A stretch of 64,000 nucleotides of DNA, taken from Felis catus (lineage: Eukaryota). Below, in pieces: positions 24,439 through 37,500 of this stretch. Position numbers and translations under genes: made by a program. Under the pieces are notes generated by a model. The model saw only the letters and a list, made by a program, of their open reading frames with translations. It was not told the origin of the DNA and did not search any database. The DNA is taken from NCBI RefSeq assembly GCF_018350175.1, contig NW_025408521.1, forward strand, positions 62,001-126,000. The letters are read 5' to 3'. Numbering within the stretch: the stretch's first letter is position 1; every line of letters starts with the position of its first letter.

Positions 24439-26358
24439 GGCTCCTCAACATATGGTTTTGGAAAAACCGGACAGCAATCTGCAAAACAAAACAAAAACAA
24501 CGTACCAATTTCTTACAACATACACAAAAATAAATCCAACATGGACAAAGACCTATATGTGAAACCTGAAACCATAAAAATCCCAGAGGATAACACGGGT
24601 AGTATCTTACTTGACATTGCCTGTACAAACGTCTTTGTAGATATATCTCTAGAGGTAAGGGAAACGCAAGCAAAAATAATGAGACTTTATAAAAATTAAA
24701 ACCTTCCGTCACCAAGGAAATAATCAACAAAACGAAAACATCAACAGAATGATATTTGCAAACGACATCGGATAAAGGGTTAGTGTCCAAAATATATACA
24801 GTTATACAGCACGCAAAAAATGAGAAATCTGATTAAAAATGGGCAGAAGACACGAGCGGACATTTCCCGAAGGAAGACATATACATGGCCAAGAGACACA
24901 TGAAAAAATGCTCAACAATACTGATCTTCAGGGACATACAATTCGAAAGTACAATGAGAGAACACATCACATCTGTCACAATGGCTAAAATCAATGAAGG
25001 ATGACACAGCAGGTGTTGCCATGGATGTGGGGAAAGAATAACCCTCTTGCACTGTGGGTAGGAATGCAAACTGGTGCAGCCACTCTGGAAAACCACATGG
25101 AGATGTCAAAAACAAAACAAAACTGGAAATAGAAGTACCTTACAATCCAGCAACTTCACTACAAGGTATTTCCACAAAGAATACAAAATCTTCAAAGGGA
25201 TACATGCACCGTGATGTTTACAGCAGCATTTTCTACAAAAGCCAAATGACAGAAACTATCCAAGCACCCATCAACTGATGAATAAATTGAGATGTGGTCT
25301 ATGGAATGTAATATGATTTAGCCGTAAAAACGTGAAATCTTGCCATTTGCCACAAGGTGGATGGAGAGAGAGAATGTTATGCTGGGGGAAATAAGCCTGT
25401 CGGAGAAAGACAAATACCCAATGATTTCGCTAACACATGGCAAGAAAAAACAAAGGGGCAGGGGGAGGAGACAAACGGACTCTTAACTAGGAAAGGAACT
25501 GAGGAGTTCCACAGCGAGGTGAGGGAATGGGTGAAACAGCGGATGGGGATTAAGAAGTGCACCTGGGATGAGCACCGGGTGACGTGTGGAAGTGGTGCTC
25601 TATATTGGACACCTGAAACTAATATTACACTGTGTCTTCACTCAGTGGAATTTAAATTCAAAGATAACATAAGGTTACTGAGACTTACCTACCGGGTTTT
25701 CAGTAGTGTTCAATCACTTCACTAGGTTGGAAAAATAACCATGAAATTTTTAAAAAAGCATGTATGATATGTGGGACAGTTTGTGCCCTTACCTTGGCCT
25801 CTGGGTCCAGCAGGACTCGGAACATGGGTCCCAGCTCCTTCTTCTAGAAGGTCGTGAGACGAGCATTTCATGGATCCACGTCCTACTTGAATGCAGCTCC
25901 CGTGCTTCTGAATTTCTGTTAGGGTTTCTTCCCGGAAACAAGCCTGGATCTGGAACAAATCATCGATTGCATCTATGAGGTGATGTCGTGGGACCCCGCA
26001 ATCCACAAGTCCTTTAGTAAAATACGTCTTGTTCAAACAGTGTCCGGGAAGGGGTGGAATGAAACACGGGAACAGCCCAGAAAATGCAAAGGCCTGTGTA
26101 ACTCAGCGACCAGCTTGACCAGGGAAGCCACCCGGCGCCCCCTCCTCAGCACTCAGTACAACAAGGCAGCTTCTCTCTGGCGACTCAGGAGATGCCAAGT
26201 TGCTGCTAAGCTCCCAAGGTCTCCCCTGGGGCGGGTGGCAGAACCTGCTGGAAATGCAGCTCTCGTCTCTGTACTCAGGCACCAGCAGAGGCCTGAGTCC
26301 TCTGAGAGCAAGCAAAGCCCTTCCTGCTCTGAGGTGCCCTGGGTCAGAAAAGCAGATG

Positions 26359-26377
26359 GTGCGCCCTCTGCTGGCTA
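26359..26377 (-). promoter_or_regulatory. Candidate CTCF binding site
   Basis: Minus strand TAGCCAGCAGAGGGCGCAC contains CCAGCAGAGGGCGC, fitting the CTCF core consensus CCASYAGRKGGCRS. Motif match only. Confidence 0.55.
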
Positions 26378-26744
26378 TCACTGCCCAGCAGAGGAACCCG
26401 CCCCTCGGGGGTCTGTGGTTCTTGAGCTCTCTCTGCTGGCCATCATGGGAATTCCTCCAATGTTGAAGGCCCTGGTTGCTCAGCTGAGAGACCGAAGGTG
26501 CTCTGGGCAACTAAGCCTGTTCTCCTCGTTGGGAAGGTTTTAGTGACAGGGCCTGGGACCCAAAATCTTTTCCTTCTCTTTCTTGTGAGTGAAGAATGAA
26601 ACCGAATTTATTAACGTAACGACATCATTTGTAATGTTTTAAGCAATATTCACAGAAAAATAGACCACCGATTTACACATGCTGAACAAGACGTAATTTT
26701 GTTTACCACCAAAATACTTAGGTTAGATAAAGAATGGACACCTT

Positions 26745-26968
26745 TGAGAGAGAGAGATACCGGCGTCCAGCTATGGAGTGAATGAGTCCTAGGGATACAA
26801 GGGACAGCCAATGGAATGGAGTCAATCTTGTAACAATATTGTTGCATGCTTTCACAGGATAGCTACACTTGTGGTTGAGTACAACATAATGTAGAGACAT
26901 ATGGAATGACTACAATGTATGCCTAAAACTAACACAACGAATATGTGAACAATATTTCAATTAAAAAT
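26745..26968 (+). mobile_element. Old L1 3'-UTR fragment
   Basis: TCCAGCTATGGAGTGAATGAGTC...AGCTACACTTGTGG...CCTAAAACTAA...TTCAATTAAAAA resembles older carnivore/L1MA 3' ends. Confidence 0.65.
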
Positions 26969-27025
26969 AGACATCCTTTACACTATCTTTAATTTCTTCT
27001 TCTTTGCCACTAAACTATCCTTCCA

Positions 27026-27222
27026 GGGGCCCTTGGGTGGCTTAGTCGGTTAAGCGTCCGACTTTGAGTCAAGTCAGGATTTGGCAGTCCATGAGTTTGA
27101 GCCCCGCATCAAGCTCTGTCCTGAGAGCTCAGAGCCTTGAGCCTGCCTCCTATTCGGTGTCTCCCACTCTATCCCCCTCCCCAGCTCGGGTTCTCTCAAA
27201 AAAAGAAACATTAAAAATGAAA
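27026..27222 (+). mobile_element. Can-SINE
   Basis: GGGGCCCTTGGGTGGCTTAGTCGGTTAAGCGTCCGACTT head and A-rich tail. Confidence 0.9.
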
Positions 27223-27707
27223 AATCATTCCTCATTGAGAATCTGCGAATTTCCATTCATACCAGATTCTCTAACATCACCTTCCTGGTGTTGAAAGCTT
27301 ATCTGAAAAGTCACGAATAACATCTTTGATGACACATATGTGACAACGTCAGAATGCAACTTACAGGGAGCTACACATCAGTTGTGAATTTACAGTGTGT
27401 ATCCTTGGCTAATATTTCCAATGAAATGTGCTTTAGGGATACGGATGGATGAAATAATGTCCATCCGTCATATAGGTCAATTTCCTATAGGACTATTATG
27501 CCTTCAATGACTAATTGCCATCTCTTCAGAACTAAAAGAAAGCTGGGTCAAGAAAATGTCTTTGAATTTCATGTAAGAGAAGACTAGGGTGTTTGAAAGG
27601 GTCCACTTACCTTCTGGATTCCTCAGATTGGTTGTGGAGAGGAGGATAGCAACCTATGATTTGGATGCACACCGCTAGTCCCAGAGGGAGGATGTGTACC
27701 TTATTGT

Positions 27708-27709
<2 letters not shown>

Positions 27710-27765
<56 letters not shown>

Positions 27766-27770
27766 TTTTT
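27710..27770. repeat. (AT)n followed by poly-T simple repeat
   Basis: About 19 AT units, then about 23 T. Confidence 0.95.
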
Positions 27771-28324
27771 ACCAATATTACTAGTCCACCTCTGCCAGGT
27801 CCAGACTGCAGGACCTGGGGGCAACGCAATGCCTGATGCCTGGGTTCAGAACTTGAGGAAGGCAGGCTGGCGGGGGAGGGGGGAAATCCAACAGAGCCTG
27901 GGGCACTGAGGGAGATGGCCCTGGGACACCTCCCCACAGGGCAGGCTATGGAGTTTACCTGCCAAAGAGCAGCACACTCTCCCTCAAGACATCCCTCTCC
28001 ATGACAGAACGTGAGGCTGAACCTCACAATTCCAGAAGAAATGAGGGCGACCCATCTTTTCAATTCCAATGGCCTCTGCAGAACTTGGACCCAGGGATGT
28101 TGGAGTCTTGGGGCCATGGAACCCTGATGCCCATGATAGAAGCCCTTTCTGCCCCAGCACTCAGAGCCACTTCCTACATCCCCTCTCCCCTGGCCCATCT
28201 AACCGTGTCCACATACCAGACCAGGTCTCTACTTTCCTTCTTGTACTTCCTCTTTGTCTCTGTTTCTCTCTAACCACATCTCTCTCTATTTCTTCCTTTC
28301 ACTCTCTAGGGAGTGGTGTATTAT

Positions 28325-29545
28325 ACTGTGCTAAACTTTGTTCTTATACTTGTGAATATCCAATGTTCCCAGCACCAGTTATTCAAAAGACTACTCTTCT
28401 CCACTGTGTATTATTGACTCCCTTGTCGAATACTAGGTGACTGTGATGCATGGGTTTAGTTTGGGCTCTCAATTTCTGTTCCATTGTCTTGTGTGTGTGC
28501 TTATGCCAGTGACATAATTGATTTCTTTGTGTTAGAATGACGCTTGAAATCAAGAAGGTGGATGCCTCCTGTTTTGTTCTTTCTTGCGTTGGCTACATGG
28601 GGTCTTTTTGTGGTTCCAAATAAATTTTAGGATATGATTTTCTAATTGCATAAATATTGCATCGGAGTCTTGATAGAGATTGCACTGAATCTCTAGATGG
28701 CTTTGGGTAATATGGACATTGTATCTGTATTAATTCCTCCGAAAGTTGGACATGGGATGGCTTTTCACTGACTTGTGTGTTCTCCCCTTTCTTTCACCCA
28801 AATTGAATTTCTTCCATTTCTGCACACAGGTTTTATAGTTTTCTGTAGAGAGATTTTCATTTCCTTGGCTAATGGTATTGCTATAATTTTTATTGTTTTT
28901 GATGCTATTGTAAATGGGATTGTTTTCTTTACTTCTTCTCAGATAATTGGGTTAGTGTATAGGAATGATACAGAATTTGATATGGTGACTTTATAGTTTG
29001 GAACTTCACTGCATTTCTTGATTAGATATTAATAGGTTCTTTTACATTAAACTTTTTATTTCAGTCCTTTACCTAGTTAAAAAAAAAACAACATGTTATT
29101 TGGGAATAGCTGACACACTACGTTACATTAGTTTCATATGAAAAACATAGTCATTGGCAAATGTATACATTCTGCTATGCTAATACAGGTGTAGCTATCA
29201 TCTGTCACCATGCATCACTACTCCAGTACCATTCTCTATGTGCCCTATCCTATATCTTCTATCTGAGTCATTCATTGCATAACCAGAAGCCTGCATCATC
29301 CAATCCCCTTCACATATCTAGGGCATCCTTGTCTTGTGCCTGATCTTAGCGGAAAATCTTTAACAATTTCACTACTGAGTATGACATTAGCTGTTGGCTT
29401 CACATACATGGCCTTTGTTATGTTGAGATCGGACCCTTCTACACAGAATTTTAAAGAGATTTTTACCACAAATGGATACCAAATTTTCTCAGAACGCTTT
29501 TTCTGTGTCTATTGACATCATCACCTGAGTTTCCTTTTTCCTTTT
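28325..29545 (-). mobile_element. Old antisense L1 ORF2 fragments, interrupted by an antisense L1 3' end (~29050-29315)
   Basis: TATCCAATGTTCCCAGCACCAGTTATT, GAGATTGCACTGAATCTCTAGATGGCTTTGGGTAATATGGACATT and GGGCATCCTTGTCTTGTGCCTGATCTTAG are reverse-complement L1 ORF2 motifs. Confidence 0.8.
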
Positions 29546-29589
29546 TAACATGTATTTATTTAGTTTAGTTTAAACGTATTTATGTGTTT

Positions 29590-29769
29590 TTTTAGTACTC
29601 ATTTTTTCAAGTTTTTATTTAAATTCCAGTTGGTTAACATGCAGTGAAATGTTAGCTTCAGGTAAAGAATGTAGTCATCCATCACTTACATACAACACCC
29701 AGTGATCCTCACTACTAGTGCCCTCCATAGTCCATCACCCATTTAACCCATCTCCCTATGCCACCTCCA
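29590..29769 (-). mobile_element. Antisense carnivore L1 3' end abutting FA-SAT
   Basis: TTTTTATTTAAATTCCAGTTGGTTAACA...CATCACTTACATACAACACCCAGTG...CCATCACCCATTTAACCCATC is the reverse complement of the L1 3' UTRs at ~20000-20150 and ~21300-21440. Confidence 0.85.
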
Positions 29770-32113
29770 TGGCGACGTCCCTGGACCGAACCCTAACCCA
29801 GGCTAAGGCTCTCCCCCATGGGGACCCAATTCCAACATCTGACAACACCACGCACCTGGGGTCCATAAGCGATGCAGGCTGAATCGGCATGGAACCTAGA
29901 AGCTCACCATGTCATTTCCCAGGCCCGGCTGCAGCTACTAAGAGGATTCTGGAGGCCTCCTCGACCAGGGGCAAATCGTCGTCTGTGGCCAAGGCAGCCA
30001 AAGACAGATCCTGCACAGAACCATCCCTTGTGCCCTCAGTTCAGCCCTTTGGGGACACCACTGCCCTGCTGAGGGTTCGGCGCCTGGAGCCTGCGGGGAC
30101 CTAACCCTAAACCTACCCTACCCTGAACCGGGACCCTCCACCGAAACCTAAGCCTGCCTTGATACCTAACCCTGGAATTGAGCTGACTTCTGGCATGGGC
30201 CCTTACTTCAGCCCTCGAGGGAGATCACAAGACTGGAGTCGCTTCGGCACAGGCTACGTCCGTGGACCGAACTCTAACAGAGCTAAGGCTCAGTCCCCAT
30301 GGGGCCCCAATTCGAACGTCTGACAACACCACGGGCCTGGGGTCCAGAAGCGGTGCAAGCTGACTCGGCATGGAACCTGGAAGCTCACCATGTCGTTTCC
30401 GAGGCCTGGGTGCAGCAGTGCGAAAGGATTCCGGAGGCCTCCTCGACCAGGGGCCGATTGAAGTTTGTGGCCTTGACAGCCAAAGACGGATCCTGACCGG
30501 CACCGTCCCATGTGCCCTCAACTCAGCCTTTCGGGGAGAACACTGCCCTGCTGTGGGTTCGGCGCCTGGAACCTCCTGGGACCTAACCCTAACCCTAACC
30601 CTACCCCGAACCGGGACCCTCCCCGAAACCTAAGCCTGCCTCGATCCCTAATCCTGCATTTGAGCCGCCTTCTGGCATGGGCCCTCACTTCAGCCCTCGA
30701 GGGAGATCACGAGACCGGAGTCGCTTCAGCCCTGGCGACGTCCCTGGCCCGAACCCTAACCCTAGCTAAGGCTCTCCCCTCATGGGGACCCAATTCCAAC
30801 GTCTGACAGCATCACGCGCCTGGGTTCCAGAAGCGGTGCAGGCTGACTCGGCAAGGAACCTGGAAGCTCACCATGTCGTTTCCCAGGCCCGCTGCAGCTG
30901 CCCTAGAGGATTCCGGAGGCCTCCTCGCCCAGGGGCTTAAGGACGCGTGTGGCTTTGGCAGCCAAAGAGGGATCCTGACCGGCACCGTCCCTTGTGCCCT
31001 CAACTCAGCCCTTCGGGGAGACCACGGCCCTGCTGTGGGTTCGGCGCCTGGAGCCTCCTGGGACATAACCCTAACCTTACCCCTATCCCAAACCAGGAAC
31101 CTCCACCGAAACCTAAGCCTGCCTCGATCCCTAACCCTGCAATTGAGCTGACTTCTGGCATGGGCCCTCACTTCAGCCCTCGAGGGAGATCATGAGACCA
31201 GAGTCACTTCGGCCCTGGCGACGTCCCTGGTTCGAACCCGAACCATAGCTAAGGCTCTCTCCCCATGGGGACCCAATTCCAACGTCTGACAACTCCACAT
31301 GCCTGGGGTCCAGAAGCGGTGCAGGACGACTTGGCAGGGAACCTGGAGGACCACCATGTCGTTTCCCAGGCCCGGCTGCAGCTCGGGAGAGGATTCCGGA
31401 GGCCTCCTCGACCAGGGGTGATCAACGTGTGTGGCCTTTGCAGACAAAGCCGCACCCTGACAGGCACCGTCCCTTGTGCCCTCATCTCAGCCCTTGGGGA
31501 GACCACTGCCCTGTTGTGGGTTCGGCGTCTGGAGCCTCCTGGGAGCTAACCCTAACCCTAACCCTACCCCGAACCGTGACCCTCCACCGAAACCTAAGCC
31601 TGCCCCAAACCCTAACCCTGCAATTGAGCCGCCTTCTGGCATGGGCCCTCACTTCACCCCTCGAGGGAGATCATGAGACGGGAGTCGCTACAGCCCTGGC
31701 AATGTCCCTGGACAGAACCGTAACCCTAGCTAAGGCTCTCTCCCCATGGGGACCCAATTCCAACGTCAGAAAATACCACGCGCCTGGGGTCCAGAAGCGG
31801 TGGAGGCTGACTCGCCATGGAAACTGGAAGCTCACCATGTCGTTTCCCACACCCGGCTGCACCTGCCCGAGAGGATTCCGGAAGTCTCCTCGACCAGGGG
31901 CCAATTGAAGTTTGTGGCCGTGGCAGCCAAAGACAGATCCTGGCCGGCACCGTCCCTTGTGCCCTCAACTCAGCCCTTCGGGGAGACCACTGCCCTGTTG
32001 TGTGTTCGGTGCCGGGAGCCTCATGGGACCTTACCCTAACACTAACCGTACCCCGAACCGGGACCCTCCACCAAAAGTTAAGCCTGCCTCAATCCCTAAC
32101 CCTGCAATTGAGC
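29770..32113 (+). repeat. FA-SAT array, ~5 moderately diverged monomers
   Basis: CATGGGG anchors near 29818, 30298, 30781, 31264 and 31745; same orientation as the first array. Confidence 0.92.
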
Positions 32114-34550
32114 ATCCTCCTCACCCGTGGCTGTCACTTACCATGGCTCATCATGGCTGATCCTCTCTGGGCCTCCTCACCAGGGGCTGCTCACCTCGGG
32201 CCTCCTCGTCCGGGGCTGTCACTTACCATGGCTCATCATGCCTGAAGCCTCTCCCTGTACCTGAATGCAGCCTCCTGACCATGGGGTCTCAGCTAGGAAA
32301 CTTCCGGGAAAGGTTCGAGTAGTGGGAGACACAGAATCCCATGCAGACCCTCCAGCGGCTGTGCAGTGAGCACAAAATCCCAAGCGAGACATATGCCTGA
32401 ATCCCAAAAGCCAACAAACCTTGTGGTCTCAGGTCCGAAAGTCCCGGGTTAGGACCGAGGAATGCCAGACACAGAATCCCAAACAACTGCTATGAGCTGT
32501 GGCTTCCAGGCCCTTAGTCAATTACCATGGCTCACCATGGCTGAAGCCGCTCCCTGTACCTGAGAGAAAGGGGTCACAGAATACCAGAACCTGGGGTCTC
32601 AGCTTAGAATCTCCCGGAAATGGTCCCAGAAATCAGAGAGACACAGAAACCCAAGCAGCCCATCCAGGGATGTGCGCGAGCACAAAATCCCAAGGGAGAC
32701 ATAAGTTAGACACAAAAAACCCTGTGGTCTCAGCTCAGAAATTCCCGAGATAGGTCAGATGGATGCCAGACACACAATCCCAATCAGCTACTGTGAGACC
32801 CGGCTTCGAGGCCGGGAGTCAATTACCATGGCTTTCCACGGCTGAGGCCACTCCCTGTACCTGAGAGAATGGGGTCACACAATCACAAACACCGGCAGAC
32901 CCTGGGATCCCTGCTCAGAAACTCCCGGGCAAGTTCCGAGGGATTGGAGACACAGAATTGGTAGTGGCCCTGCTCGCCCCGGGCCTCCAGGCTCACCCCG
33001 GGACTCCTCGCCCCGGGGCTGCTCGCCCAGGGGCTCCTCGCCCGGGGCTGCTTGCCCCGGGGCCTCCACGCCCGGGGCAGCCTGCTATGGCTCACTATGG
33101 CTGAAGCCGTTCCTGTACCTGAGAGAAGGGGTCTCACAAACACAAACACCCGCCAGGCTCTGGGTTCCCTTCTCAGAAACTCCCGGGGAAGTTCGGAGGG
33201 ATAGGATGCACAAAATGGGTAGTGCTCCTGCTCGCCCCGGGCCTCCACGCCCGGGGCTGTATCTTACCATGGCTCATCAGGGCTGAAGCCTCTCCCTGTA
33301 CCCGACAGAAATGGGTCAGTGTTTCTCACACAGGCTCCAGACCATGGGGTATGAGCTGAGAAACATACCCGGAAGTTTAGAGAAGTCGGAGACAAAGAAT
33401 CCCAAGCAGCCCCTCCAGCGGCTATGCAGCGAGCACAAAATCCCAAAGAGACATATGCCTGAATCCTAAAAAGCCAACAAACCATTCCTCTCAGCTCAGA
33501 AACTCCCGGGATAAAACCGAGGGATGGGAGACACAGAATCCCAAACACCTGCTACGAGCCCCGGCCTCCAGGCCCTGAGTCATTACCATGGGTCACCATG
33601 GCTGAAGCCACTCCCTGTACCTGAGAGAAATGGGTCAGAGTATCCCACACAGCCTCCACACCATGGGGTCTCAGCTGAGAAACTTTGGGGGAAGGTTGGA
33701 GAAGTGGGAGACACAGAATCCCAAGCAGCCCCTCCAGAAGCTATGCAGCGAGCACAAAATCCCAAGGCAACATACGCCTGAATCCTAAAAAGCGAACAAA
33801 CCCTTCCTCTCACCTCAGAAACTCCCAGGTTAGGACCGAGGGATGCGAGACCCAGAATCCCAAACACCTGCTACGACCCCTGGCCTCCAGGGCCTGAGTC
33901 ATTACCACGGCTCAAGACGGCTGAAGCCGGTCCCTTTAACTGAGAGAAAGGGGTCAGAGAACACGAAACAGCCTCCAGACACTGGGGTCTCAGCTGAGAA
34001 ACTCCCCAGAAAGGTCCGATGGTTTGGAGACAGAGAATAGGAAGTGCCCCGCTAGCCCTGGGGCCTCCTCGCCCGAGGCTGTCTCATACCATGCCTCATC
34101 ATGCCTGTTGCCTTCCCCTGTACCTGAGAGAAACGGGTCACGGTATCCCACACAGCCTCCAGACCAGGGGGTCTCAGCTAAGAAACTTACAGGGAAGGTT
34201 GGAGAAGTGGGAGACAGAATCCCAAGTAGCCCCTCCAGGGGCTATGCAGCGAACTCAAAATCCCAAGGAAACATAGGCCTGAATCCTAAAAAGCCAACAA
34301 ACTCTTCCTGTCAGCTCCGAAACTCCCGGGTTAGGACCGAGGGATGCGAGACCCAGAATCCCAAACACCTGCTAGGAACCCCGGCCTGAGGCCCTGAGTC
34401 ATTACGATGGGACACCTTGGCTGAAGCCGCTCCCTTTACCTGAGAGAAAGGGGTCACAGAACCTGAAACAGACTCCAGACACTAGGGTCTCAGCTGAGAA
34501 ACTCCCCGGAAAGGTCTGATGGATTGGAGACTAAAGATAGGAAGTGCCCC
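32114..34550 (+). repeat. Diverged lead-in of the composite satellite (cassette modules with only 0-4 GC subrepeats)
   Basis: Repeated ACCATGGCTCA(T/C)CATG(G/C)CTGAAGCC..CCCTGTACCTGA modules in irregular order. Confidence 0.88.
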
Positions 34551-37500
34551 GCTCGCCCCAGGCCTCCTCTCCACGGGCTGCTCGCCCGGGGCCTCCTCAC
34601 ACGGGGCTGCTCGCCCCGGGCCTCCACGCCCGGGGCTGCTCGCCCCGGGCCTCCACGCCCGGGGCTGCTCGCTATGGCTCACTATGCTGAAGCGTTCCTG
34701 TACCTGAAAGATGGGCTCACACCAATACATACACCCGCCAGGCTCTGGGTTCCCTGCTCAGAAATCCTCGGGGAAGTTCGGAGGGATAGGTTGCACAAAA
34801 TGGGTTGTGCTCCTGCTCGACCGGGGCCTCCACGCCCAGGGCTGTATCTTACCATGGCTCATCAGGGCTGAAGCCTCTCCCTGTACCCCACAGAAACGGG
34901 TCAGTGTTTCCCACACAGCCTCCAGACCAGGGGGTCTCAGCTAAGAAACTTACGGGGAAGGATGGAGAAGTGGGAGACACAGAATGCCATGCAGCCCCTC
35001 CAGGGGCTATGCAGCAAGCACAAAATCCCTAGGAGGCATATGCCTGAATCCTGAAAAGCCAACAAACCCTTCCTCTCAGCTCCGAAACTCCCGGGTTAGG
35101 ACCGAGGGATGCGAGACCCAGAATCCCAAACACCTGCTACGAGCCCCGGCCTCCAGGCCCTGAGTCATTCCCATGGCTCACCATGGCTGGAGCCGTTCCC
35201 TGTACCTGAGATAAAGGGGTCACAGAACCAGAAACAGTCTCCAGACACTGGGTTCTCAGCTCAGAAACTCCCCAGAAAGGTGGGAGGGATTGGGGACACA
35301 AAATGGGAAGTGCCCCGCTCGCCCCGGGCCTCCAGGCCCGGGGCTGCTCGCCCCGGGCCTCCAGGCCCGGGGCTGCTCGCCCCGGGCCTCCAGGCCCGGG
35401 GCTGCTCGCCCCGGGCCTCCAGGCCCGGGGCTGCTCGCCCCGGGCCTCCAGGCCCGGGGCTGCTCGCCCCGGGCCTCCACGCCCGGGGCTGCTCGCCCCG
35501 GGCCTCCACGCCCGGGGCTGCTCGCCCCGGGCCTCCACGCCCGGGGCTGCTCGCCCCGGGCCTCCACGCCCGGGGCTGCTCGCCCCGGGCCTCCACGCCC
35601 GGGGCTGCTCGCCCCGGGCCTCCACGCCCGGGGCTGCTCGCCCCGGGCCTCCACGCCCGGGGCTGCTCGCCCCGGGCCTCCACGCCCGGGGCTGCTCGCC
35701 CCGGGCCTCCACGCCCGGGGCTGCTCGCCCCGGGCCTCCACGCCCGGGGCTGCTCGCCCCGGGCCTCCACGCCCGGGGCTGCTCGCTATGGCTCACTGTG
35801 CCTGAAGCCGTTCCTGTACCTGAAAGATGGGCTCACACAAACACAAACACCCGCCAGGCTCTGGGTTCCCTGCTCAGAATCTCCCGGGGAAGTTCGGAGG
35901 GATAGGATGCACAAAATGGATAGTGCTCCTGCTCGCCCCAGGCCTCCACGCCCGGGGCTGTATCTTACCATGGCTCATCAGGGCTGAAGCCTCTCCCTGT
36001 ACCCGACAGAAACGGGTCAGTGTTTCCCACACAGCCTCCAGACCAGGGGGTCTCAGCTAAGAAACTTACGGGGAAGGATGGAGAAGTGGGAGACACAGAA
36101 TCCAATGCAGCCCCTCCGGGGGCTATGCAGCAAGCCCAAAAACCCAAGGAGGCATATGCCTGAATCCTGAAAAGCCAACAAACCCTTCCTCTCAGCTCCG
36201 AAACTCCCGGGTTAGGACCGAGAGATGCGAGACCCAGAATCCCAAACACCTGCTACGAGCCCCGGCCTCCAGGCCCTGAGTCGTTACCATGGCTCACCAT
36301 GGCTGGAGCCTTTCCCTGTACCTGAGATAAAGGGGTCACAGAACCAGAAACAGGCTCCAGACACAGGGGTCTCAGCTCAGAAACTCCCCAGAAAGGTCCG
36401 AGGGTTTGGGGACACAAAATAGGAAGTGCCCCGCTCGCCCCGGGCCTCCAGGCCCGGGGCTGCTCGCCCCGGGCCTCCAGGCCCGGGGCTGCTCGCCCCG
36501 GGCCTCCAGGCCCGGGGCTGCTCGCCCCGGGCCTCCAGGCCCGGGGCTGCTCGCCCCGGGCCTCCAGGCCCGGGGCTGCTCGCCCCGGGCCTCCAGGCCC
36601 GGGGCTGCTCGCCCCGGGCCTCCAGGCCCGGGGCTGCTCGCCCCGGGCCTCCAGGCCCGGGGCTGCTCGCCCCGGGCCTCCACGCCCGGGGCTGCTCGCC
36701 CCGGGCCTCCACGCCCGGGGCTGCTCGCCCCGGGCCTCCACGCCCGGGGCTGCTCGCCCCGGGCCTCCACGCCCGGGGCTGCTCGCCCCGGGCCTCCACG
36801 CCCGGGGCTGCTCGCCCCGGGCCTCCAGCTCCACGCCCGGGGCTGCTCGCTATGGCTCACTGTGCCTGAAGCCGTTCCTGTACCTGAAAGATGGGCTCAC
36901 ACAAACACAAACACCCGCCAGGCTCTGGGTTCCCTGCTCAGAATCTCCCGGGGAAGTTCGGAGGGATAGGATGCACAAAATGGATAGTGCTCCACTCGCC
37001 CCGGGCCTCCACGCCCGGGGCTGTATCTTACCATGGCTCATCAGGGCTGAAGCCTCTCCCTGTACCCGACAGAAACGGGTCAGTGTTTCCCACACAGCCT
37101 CCAGACCAGGGGGTCTCAACTAAGAAACTTACGGGGAAGGATGGAGAAGTGGGAGACACAGAATCCAATGCAGCCCCTCCAGGGGCTATGCAGCAAGCCC
37201 AAAAACCCAAGGAGGCATATGCCTGAATCCTGAAAAGCCAACAAACCCTTCCTCTCAGCTCCGAAACTCCCGGGTTAGGACCGAGAGATGCGAGACCCAG
37301 AATCCCAAACACCTGCTACGAGCCCCGGCCTCCAGGCCCTGAGTCGTTACCATGGCTCACCATGGCTGGAGCCTTTCCCTGTACCTGAGATAAAGGGGTC
37401 ACAGAACCAGAAACAGGCTCCAGACACAGGGGTCTCAGCTCAGAAACTCCCCAGAAAGGTCCGAGGGTTTGGGGACACAAAATAGGAAGTGCCCCGCTCG

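Larger units (their letters stand above)
20190..25665 (+). mobile_element. Decayed L1 spanning nearly all of ORF2 plus 3' UTR, with nested insertions
   Basis: ORF2 remnants in order: YLAIITLTINGLNAPIQRH (endonuclease N-terminus, ~20320), IVEDFNTSLTSMDR..ALNDTLDQKGLTDIFRTLH (21623), IIYHNQVGYIPGLQAWFHIHRSIN..STDAGKLFDKMSHPFMIKTL (RT, 23006). Many stops and frameshifts. Confidence 0.93.

Noticed and set aside
20190..25665. Active L1 or reverse transcriptase gene
   Set aside because: ORF2 is broken by stops, frameshifts and four nested insertions; no intact ORF1 or 5' UTR.
25980..26543. 187-aa plus-strand ORF in the island
   Set aside because: No recognisable domain; overlapping ORFs on both strands are expected at this GC content.
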